Shown here: positions 1 to 5,703 of the stretch, piece after piece
How the letters are laid out: each line of letters opens with the position of its first letter
Position numbering within the stretch: the first letter of the stretch is position 1
Assembly (NCBI GenBank): GCA_027046625.1
Contig: JALTXX010000014.1
Location: 28,129-45,342, forward strand
DNA from: Candidatus Micrarchaeota archaeon
Lineage (GTDB): Archaea > Iainarchaeota > Iainarchaeia > JAADDC01
Reading direction: 5' to 3'
DNA: 17,214 nt
Position numbers and translations under genes: made by a program
Notes under the pieces: model-generated
What the model saw: the letters and a program-made list of their open reading frames with translations, nothing else
What the model was told of the DNA's origin: nothing
The model's database searches: none

Positions 1-273
1 TGCCATCTTCTTCTGTATAATCTCTGACAGCACATCGTAAGAGGTAGTTACTTTCTCTTTTACATCATTCTTCTTCTTCGCTTCAACTATTACTCTCTTA
101 GGAGCTTCTTCTCCCAAATAATCCAAAATTTGTTCCACCTCAGAATATATGTGGTCCACAAGTCGCTGCACTATAGGTGATTTTGATTCCTCCTCAGATA
201 CAACCTCCTTTAAAAGGGAGACCAGCTGGAATAACCCCTCCAACCTTCCCCTTACATAGTCTTCACTCTTCAT
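1..273 (-). CDS. Hypothetical protein, N-terminal 91 codons; the gene continues beyond the window start. Translation begins MKSEDYVRGRLEGLFQLVSLLKEVVSEEESKSP... and is K/E-rich, probably helical.
   Basis: I translated the minus strand by hand. An ATG (complement of 271-273) opens a frame that runs to position 1 with no stop. An out-of-frame ATG one codon upstream is followed immediately by TGA. I recognise no conserved motif. Confidence 0.35.
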   Translation of the reverse strand, partial: MKSEDYVRGRLEGLFQLVSLLKEVVSEEESKSPIVQRLVDHIYSEVEQILDYLGEEAPKRVIVEAKKKNDVKEKVTTSYDVLSEIIQKKMA

Positions 274-317
274 GTCATACACAACATAGTTAAACCCTCT
301 TTTAAAATATACGCATA

Positions 318-1055
318 ATGCTGGAATACATTATATACAGGAAGGAGCGACTCCGTCCCTTCCTGTTCTTCCTTAGCGGAGTTTTCTATACCATAATTTC
401 GGGAGCAATATCACTCATCCTTTTCCCCGCCCATGCAAGTGTGTCTCATGTACTTCTTTCCTCCCTAGCAACAGCTCCCCTCATGTTTAGAGCAGTATCC
501 AGGGGTGCAAAAATTTTGAGTAGTTATCCAGACAGGGTGGGGTACGTGCAGCTATCCCTCATTGTGGTGTATGTGTACTTCCTTATTGGAACAATTGTGG
601 GATACCTTACTTCCTACTTCATATGGGGAGAGAAGTTATTTTACATACAAAAGGACGAAATAAACGCCATTAGAGGTGCTTTTGCAGGCGGAGATAAAAT
701 ACTATCCAACAATCTAACTGTATATCTTATTGGAACACTTCTATCCTTCATATATGGTACTGGAGGGGTGCTACTCATTAACTGGAACGGATCCCTTATA
801 GGGTATATGCTCTACCTTGAGATGCACAGCGGGAATCCTATAGGGCTGTTGTTAGGTATTCTTCCCCATGGAATATTTGAATTTCTTGGATACTTTATGG
901 GGGGTATCTCTGGTGTTATGATTGGGGTTTCTATCATTCAAAGGGGTTGGAGCGCTCCCCTTATCAGGGATACCATTATTTTCTTCGGAACCGGCATTAT
1001 ATTTATTGTTATAGGAGCCTTCATTGAGTCCCTTCTTTTATCACTTTCCTTATAA
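318..1055 (+). CDS. Polytopic membrane protein, probably DUF95/SpoIIM family (stage II sporulation protein M-like, COG1300-type).
   Basis: The 245-aa ORF has an ATG start and about six hydrophobic segments. The stretch NNLTVYLIGTLLSFIYGTGGVLLINWNGSLIG resembles the NNxxV...G...G...NG..lG core I remember for DUF95/SpoIIM proteins. The family call comes from memory, not a search. Confidence 0.5.
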   Translation: MLEYIIYRKERLRPFLFFLSGVFYTIISGAISLILFPAHASVSHVLLSSLATAPLMFRAVSRGAKILSSYPDRVGYVQLSLIVVYVYFLIGTIVGYLTSYFIWGEKLFYIQKDEINAIRGAFAGGDKILSNNLTVYLIGTLLSFIYGTGGVLLINWNGSLIGYMLYLEMHSGNPIGLLLGILPHGIFEFLGYFMGGISGVMIGVSIIQRGWSAPLIRDTIIFFGTGIIFIVIGAFIESLLLSLSL

Positions 1056-1947
1056 TATCCTCGTAACGTTTCAGATCCGCCTCAACCTTTTTGGGGGATA
1101 CCACACCACCCATGTAGGATGAGATTGCTTGTGCCAGAGAGGATAGGTCTAGGGGGTATATAATCTTCGTTGCTCGACCTTCTGCAAGTTTCTTTAATGC
1201 CTCCAGATAGAAGTATAGGAGCACTCTCTCATTCATATCCTTTGTAGCCTCCTTAATAGCCTCCAGCTCTATTTTGGTGGCTTCTGCTCTTTGGGCTCTC
1301 GCTACCCTTTCCTTTTCCGCAATTGTCATAGAATGCATGGCCTGTTTTATGGCTGGAGGAATATCTATATCCTTTATTTGCACAGAAACCACCTCAATAC
1401 CCCAGTCAATGGCTGTTTTTGAGAGCTCCTCCTTTAGCTTTTGGTTCAACTCGTCCACATTAGCTACTAGCTCCTCTATCTCCATAGAACCAACAAGATC
1501 CCTTATCATGGACTGAATAAACAGTCGTGATGCTTTCTTATAGTCATCCACCTTGAGTACTGCCTTAGCCGGATCCACCACCCTAAGATAGATGACAGCA
1601 TCTATCATAAGCACTATATTATCCTTTGTCATTACTTCCTGCTTTGGGACATCCACCGTCTGGGTTCTAAGATCCACCACTCTGTACGTTTCAATGTACG
1701 GTAGCACAACAATCCATCCAGGACCTCTAACCCCCACATATCTTCCAAACCTAAACACAACTGCTCTCTCATACTCCTTTAGCTGTATAAGAATATCTGT
1801 AGTCCAGATAATGAGCAAAAATAATCCTACCAGGATAGCTATTGCTCCGAGGATTACATCTTTTACTATTACTGCATAGGCTAATAGCCCCACAATCCCA
1901 AACACCAACAGAAGTATTGCACCGAACACGAGGACGTCCTTCGCCAC
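1021..1947 (-). CDS. SPFH / band 7 family protein (prokaryotic stomatin/prohibitin homolog) with two N-terminal transmembrane segments.
   Basis: The 308-aa ORF has two hydrophobic helices at the N-terminus. A typical stomatin core follows (RAVVFRFGRYVGVRGPGWIVVLPYIETYRVVDLRTQTVDVPKQEVMTKDNIVLMIDAVIYLRVVDP). The C-terminal half is Ala/Glu/Lys-rich and looks like a coiled coil (EKERVARAQRAEATKIELEA), as in p-stomatins such as PH1511. Confidence 0.85.
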   Translation of the reverse strand: MAKDVLVFGAILLLVFGIVGLLAYAVIVKDVILGAIAILVGLFLLIIWTTDILIQLKEYERAVVFRFGRYVGVRGPGWIVVLPYIETYRVVDLRTQTVDVPKQEVMTKDNIVLMIDAVIYLRVVDPAKAVLKVDDYKKASRLFIQSMIRDLVGSMEIEELVANVDELNQKLKEELSKTAIDWGIEVVSVQIKDIDIPPAIKQAMHSMTIAEKERVARAQRAEATKIELEAIKEATKDMNERVLLYFYLEALKKLAEGRATKIIYPLDLSSLAQAISSYMGGVVSPKKVEADLKRYEDIIRKVIKEGTQ

Positions 1948-1977
1948 CCTTATATTAGGGTTCCCTCTTTTTATAAG
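1948..1977. promoter_or_regulatory. 30-bp divergent intergenic spacer with two TATA-like elements, CCTTATATTAGG and CTTTTTATAAGG. It is a candidate bidirectional promoter for the stomatin gene (minus) and the DUF373 gene (plus).
   Basis: A/T-rich TATA-like boxes lie about 22-27 bp from the two divergent start codons. This spacing matches archaeal TATA/BRE promoters producing leaderless mRNA. The call rests on sequence pattern only. Confidence 0.3.
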
Positions 1978-3150
1978 GTGGCACTGCTGGTATTGGTAGT
2001 AGACAGAGATGACGACCTTGGAGTAAAGACCGGTATAAAAGGGCCTATACTGGGTAGAGAAGAGGCTTTGAAGGCAGCTAATGCACTTCTATTATCTGAT
2101 CCTGAGGATTCGGATGGAAACACCATTTTTGCTGCTATAAAGATAGCTGATGAGCTGAAAAAGGAGGGAGAAATAGTTCAGATAGCAGTCGTTACTGGAG
2201 ATAGGGATGTTGGCATAAGGGCAGATAAAACTATTAGGGAACAGATGAAGGAGATTTTTTCCAAGTATCAGTTTGATGGGATTGTATTTGTAACAGATGG
2301 AGCTGAAGATGACCAAGTAATCCCCATCATATCCTCCTTTGCTCCCATAGTATCAAAAAAGACTGTAGTAGTTAGACAGGCAAAAGAGTTAGAAAAAACT
2401 TTCTACACCGTAAAAACAGCCCTTGAAGATCCGTCTTTCGCCCGTATGTTCCTTGGTATACCTGGTATCATCCTCCTTCTCTGGTTTTTGCTCCAGGAAA
2501 ATGCTCTAAGAATCATAATAGGTATCTTAAGCATCTACCTTATTATAAGGGGATTTGGGCTGGAAGATACAGTTATGAGCATGGTACAATCTTTTCTGAG
2601 AGTAGATCCTCACTCTATATCCCTTCCCTTTCACCTAGCGTCCTTTGCCCTTATCATAATAGGAGTATTTTTGTCTATCCACACATCTACCTATGGAAGT
2701 ATAGTAGAGGCTGCTAGGTTGCTGTTATTTTTCTTCTGGGGAGCCTTTACTGTATTCCTCTTAGGAAAATCTGCGGAAGCCATCTCCCAGAAAAGAGCAT
2801 ACAAAATTGGAGATTATCTTGCCATTGGAGGGGCTATTACAGCCGGATATGTAATTGGAGATGGGCTGCTAAACATTGTAAGTGGTGTTTTTGGTCCTCT
2901 TCATATGGTTTTCATCTTTCTTGTTACTGTAATGGCTTACTACATTGTTTACAAGATATCTACTGTAATAAAAAGGGCTCCATTACTTTCAGAGAAGATA
3001 AAGGGAAAACCTGTATATGACAGGGTTGGCTCCCTCTTAGGAAGGGTAAAGGGTGTTGACGAAGATGTTCTCATCATAGAAAGGGGTAGAAGATATACAA
3101 GAGTTCCACTATCCCAAGTAAGGATCGTGGAGGGGAGGATTGTGATATGA
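1978..3150 (+). CDS. DUF373-like archaeal membrane protein. It has an N-terminal soluble domain of about 150 aa, a central polytopic membrane domain of about 6-7 TM segments, and a C-terminal PRC-barrel-like domain of about 55 aa.
   Basis: The 390-aa ORF has a GTG start at 1978 and an ATG alternative at 2554. The N-terminal stretch VLVVDRDDDLGVKTGIKGPILGREEALKAAN...IVFVTDGAEDDQVIP matches my recollection of the archaeal-specific DUF373 (PF04123) family. The C-terminal stretch GKPVYDRVGSLLGRVKGVDEDVLIIERGRRYTRVPLSQVRIVEGRIVI fits the PRC-barrel pattern G-x-x-V-x-D-x-x-G-x-x-LG-x-V-x-D. The stop codon overlaps the next gene's ATG in an ATGA motif. Confidence 0.6.
   Translation: MALLVLVVDRDDDLGVKTGIKGPILGREEALKAANALLLSDPEDSDGNTIFAAIKIADELKKEGEIVQIAVVTGDRDVGIRADKTIREQMKEIFSKYQFDGIVFVTDGAEDDQVIPIISSFAPIVSKKTVVVRQAKELEKTFYTVKTALEDPSFARMFLGIPGIILLLWFLLQENALRIIIGILSIYLIIRGFGLEDTVMSMVQSFLRVDPHSISLPFHLASFALIIIGVFLSIHTSTYGSIVEAARLLLFFFWGAFTVFLLGKSAEAISQKRAYKIGDYLAIGGAITAGYVIGDGLLNIVSGVFGPLHMVFIFLVTVMAYYIVYKISTVIKRAPLLSEKIKGKPVYDRVGSLLGRVKGVDEDVLIIERGRRYTRVPLSQVRIVEGRIVI
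3129..3138 (+). promoter_or_regulatory. Shine-Dalgarno sequence GGAGGGGAGG, 8 nt upstream of the ATG at 3147. It marks the downstream gene as an internal operon gene translationally coupled to the DUF373 gene.
   Basis: The sequence is complementary to the archaeal 16S rRNA 3' end (CCUCC). The spacing and the ATGA stop/start overlap at 3147-3150 support the call. Confidence 0.5.
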
Positions 3151-3833
3151 TTATCTTTGAAGGAAGATTTATCCCGATATGGCTCGTATTCTCCACTATC
3201 CTTGCCTCTGTGATCTACGTATCCCTTCCCTCTATGGAGTATGAGGCTCCTAGTGAACTACCCATTCTTATTCTGTTATTCATAATACTGTTTACCCTCT
3301 TCCTTTTGTGGGTGCTTCATCGCTATCCCCTTCTTTTGAAAGGATTGGAATACTTCATTCTCTCCCTTCTAGGATTATACATAACCAATCATCCCTTGGG
3401 CAGCCTCCTCCCTTTCCTCCTCCTTCTACACAAAAACCTCACCTATTCTATTGCAGCCGCATTCTCCTCCGCACTTATTGCATCCATGATGGATGTAAAG
3501 GCTGTGCTGCTGCTCTACACGCTGCTCTCTATTTACGATCTCATTGCAGTCTTCGTCACAAAACACATGGTAGACCTTGTGCATAAGCTGGGATACAGAG
3601 CGGGTGGAGATAAACCACTCCTTGGAGGTGGGGATATCATTATTCCTCTATCCTTCTCACTAAAATTACTAGATTTTGGTATTATTCCCTTTTTGTTATC
3701 CTTCTTTGGACATCTAATAGCAATATTACTCCTTCTATGGTATGTAAAAAGAGAAAAAGTGGCACTTCCGGCACTTCCCTTCACATTAACAGCTCAGATT
3801 GTCCCACTACTGTTCCTCTTACCCTACCTTTAA
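3147..3833 (+). CDS. Minimal presenilin / signal-peptide-peptidase family homolog. It is a GxGD-type intramembrane aspartyl protease (archaeal PSH-like) with about 9 short TM segments.
   Basis: The 228-aa ORF carries the three family motifs in the canonical order. The YD motif is SIYDLIAVFVTKHM (nt 3534-3539); compare human PS1 VYDLVAVL. The GxGD motif is LLGGGDIIIPLSF (Asp codon 3633-3635); compare SPP GLGDIVIPG. The PAL motif is KVALPALPFT (nt 3768-3776); compare PS1 PALP. Type IV prepilin peptidases also have GxGD but lack YD upstream and PAL downstream. Confidence 0.65.
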   Translation: MIIFEGRFIPIWLVFSTILASVIYVSLPSMEYEAPSELPILILLFIILFTLFLLWVLHRYPLLLKGLEYFILSLLGLYITNHPLGSLLPFLLLLHKNLTYSIAAAFSSALIASMMDVKAVLLLYTLLSIYDLIAVFVTKHMVDLVHKLGYRAGGDKPLLGGGDIIIPLSFSLKLLDFGIIPFLLSFFGHLIAILLLLWYVKREKVALPALPFTLTAQIVPLLFLLPYL

Positions 3834-4437
3834 GGGCATCTCTCACAACCTCTATTCGCTTCCCCACCACAACAATAGGGATAGAGGATCGTTTTGCCAA
3901 CAAAATAGATGGTATATCGAGGGGAAAATGGGATCCAGGACTTCCTATATCCTTTTCTATGGCCATCTTTAACAGTTCATCGTAGTCTATAGAAGGCATC
4001 ACCTTCCCATTTTCGTCATATATACCCTCCACGTTTGTTATGTTAATCACAACTCCTCCCACATACTCTGCTACGGATAGTGCGACAAAATCTGTGGTTA
4101 ATCCAGGTAGTATGCTACCCCCAAAGATGTTTATTCTGCCTTTTTCAAGGAAGGGGCCCTCATAGAGTTTTGGCTCTGTAGCCATCTCTCCAAGAGCAGC
4201 TTTAAACAACCACGCATTAAGCAGGGTTGCTCCTATCCCTACCATATCCTTTACTTGGTTATTATCCGAAAGTTTTGACACCGCTCCTATCATATTTCTA
4301 GCCAAGGGTCCTCCGCCCACCACAATGGCGGGGATCTTGTCCCTTTCCTCCCGGATAAGGGATGACAGTTTACTTACCCATTCAGTATCTGGGGGGTATC
4401 CTATGGTGGATCCTCCTATTGAGAGTACGGCCTTCAT
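3781..4437 (-). CDS. pyrH: Amino-acid-kinase-fold protein, most likely uridylate (UMP) kinase.
   Basis: The 218-aa ORF starts MKAVLSIGGS (compare KLSGE/IGGS of AAK-fold enzymes). IPAIVVGGGPLARN matches the UMPK VVxGGGNxxRG loop. PGLTTDFVALSVAEYVGGVVINITNVEGIYDENG matches PGxTTD...TNVDGVY. The size fits archaeal UMP kinases. The 3' end overlaps the convergent upstream gene by 53 bp. Confidence 0.65.
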   Translation of the reverse strand: MKAVLSIGGSTIGYPPDTEWVSKLSSLIREERDKIPAIVVGGGPLARNMIGAVSKLSDNNQVKDMVGIGATLLNAWLFKAALGEMATEPKLYEGPFLEKGRINIFGGSILPGLTTDFVALSVAEYVGGVVINITNVEGIYDENGKVMPSIDYDELLKMAIEKDIGSPGSHFPLDIPSILLAKRSSIPIVVVGKRIEVVRDALKGRVRGTVVGQSELLM

Positions 4438-4474
4438 GTGCTTAAAAAGCGTTTGTAGACTAAAAGGTTATGCT
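4438..4474. promoter_or_regulatory. 37-bp bidirectional promoter spacer between pyrH (minus) and aRF1 (plus). Two TATA-like boxes are present: CTTAAAAAG (4441-4449, about 30 bp upstream of the aRF1 ATG) and CTAAAAGG (4460-4467, whose complement CCTTTTAG lies about 27 bp upstream of the pyrH ATG).
   Basis: The box positions fit a TATA element about 26-30 bp upstream of a transcription start that coincides with the start codon (leaderless mRNA). No Shine-Dalgarno sequence precedes either gene. Confidence 0.4.
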
Positions 4475-5671
4475 ATGAGTGAGGAGCTGCAGAAATTAAA
4501 AAGGCTTATAAGGGAGTTGGAATCGCTTAGAGGGAGTGGTACTCAGCTTATTTCACTCTATATACCACCAAACTATCCAAGAGGGGAGCTTTCATCCATG
4601 CTTACAGACGAGTATTCAAAAGCTGGTAACATAAAGAGCAAGCAAACAAGAAAAAACGTGCAAGCAGCTCTTCAGAAGATCATGGTATATCTAAAATCCA
4701 TAGACTACAAGATCCCAGATACAGGACTCATAATATTCTGTGGAAACGTATCCGAGGATCCCGGAAAAAGTGATATAAGATTATATAGTGTGGTGCCTCC
4801 GGAACCAGCCCCAAAGATATATCGATGTGATTCCACTTTTTACCTAGATCCCCTAAAGGAGATGGTAAAACCCTCTCAGGTATACGGTATCGTAGTAATG
4901 GATGGTAGAGAAGGTACAGTAGCCCTTGTAAAGGGCAATACATTTGAGATTATAGGAAGAGTAAGAAGTTTAGCCCCAGGCAAGCACCACAAGGGAGGCC
5001 AGTCCGCCAGAAGATTCGAGAGACTCATAGAGGAGGCAGAGCACGAATACCACAAAAAGCTCGGAGAGCTCATAAAACAGGCATTCTGGGATATAAGAAA
5101 CGAGCTAAAAGGTATTATTGTAGGAGGACCTGGCCCTCATAAGAATGAATTCATAAATGGGGACTACATACCTACAGAGCTGAAGAAAAAGATCTTGGGA
5201 GTAGTAGATACTGGGTATACAGATGAGTATGGCGTTAGAGAGGCTATGGAGGCTGCCAAAGATATCCTTAGGGATGCGGAGATACTTCAGCAGAAGAGAG
5301 AGGTTGAAAGATTTATAGGAGAAGTAGTGAAGGGCGGACTAGTAAGCTATGGACTGAAGAACGTTCTCAAGGATTTAGAGGCAGGAAAAGTGGAGGAGTT
5401 GCTGGTATCGGAAGATCTGGAGGGATGGAAGGTACGATACCAGTGTGAGCGCTGTGGATACGAGGGAGAAACCATCACCTCGGGAGATGTCAAATGTCCA
5501 AAATGTGGCTCGGATGTAAAGATATTGGAGAAGGAAAACGTTGTGGAGCATATGATTAGGCTTGCAGAGGATACAGGGGCAAATATCTTATTCGTATCTC
5601 CAGACACAGAGGAGGGAATGAAGCTAAAGAAGGGCTTTGGAGGTGTTGGGGCATTTCTGAGGTACAGGTAA
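4475..5671 (+). CDS. prf1: Peptide chain release factor aRF1 (archaeal eRF1 homolog).
   Basis: The GGQ motif HHKGGQSARRFERL lies at nt 4994-5002. Domain-1 NIKS is present (GNIKSKQTRKNV). The N-terminus LRGSGTQLISLYIPP matches the conserved aRF1/eRF1 start. I place the start at ATG 4475 (MSEELQKLKRLIRELESLRGSG), giving 398 aa. The track's upstream extension to 4325 overlaps pyrH and the promoter spacer. A CxxC-x14-CxxC insertion sits in the C-terminal domain. Confidence 0.9.
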   Translation: MSEELQKLKRLIRELESLRGSGTQLISLYIPPNYPRGELSSMLTDEYSKAGNIKSKQTRKNVQAALQKIMVYLKSIDYKIPDTGLIIFCGNVSEDPGKSDIRLYSVVPPEPAPKIYRCDSTFYLDPLKEMVKPSQVYGIVVMDGREGTVALVKGNTFEIIGRVRSLAPGKHHKGGQSARRFERLIEEAEHEYHKKLGELIKQAFWDIRNELKGIIVGGPGPHKNEFINGDYIPTELKKKILGVVDTGYTDEYGVREAMEAAKDILRDAEILQQKREVERFIGEVVKGGLVSYGLKNVLKDLEAGKVEELLVSEDLEGWKVRYQCERCGYEGETITSGDVKCPKCGSDVKILEKENVVEHMIRLAEDTGANILFVSPDTEEGMKLKKGFGGVGAFLRYR

Positions 5672-5703
5672 AAATAAAGGCCAGGGATGGTGCAGGAAGA
5701 TTA

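Noticed and set aside
1274-1879. ORFs of 80 and 95 aa on the plus strand inside the stomatin gene (1274-1516 and 1592-1879).
   Set aside because: They are antisense to a confidently identified SPFH gene. Their composition is Ser/Thr/Ile-rich with low complexity, typical of reverse-frame artefacts.
3308-3985. Short ORFs at 3308-3586 (+), 3533-3784 (-) and 3737-3985 (+) overlapping the presenilin-like and pyrH genes.
   Set aside because: They are alternative-frame or antisense artefacts within two genes that carry clear family motifs. They are Pro/Ser/Arg-rich and lack start context.
4325-4474. The ORF-track start of aRF1 at 4325 adds 50 residues.
   Set aside because: The extension overlaps the pyrH coding sequence on the other strand and the promoter spacer. 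The conserved aRF1 N-terminus (LRGSGTQLISLYIPP) follows the ATG at 4475 at the expected distance.
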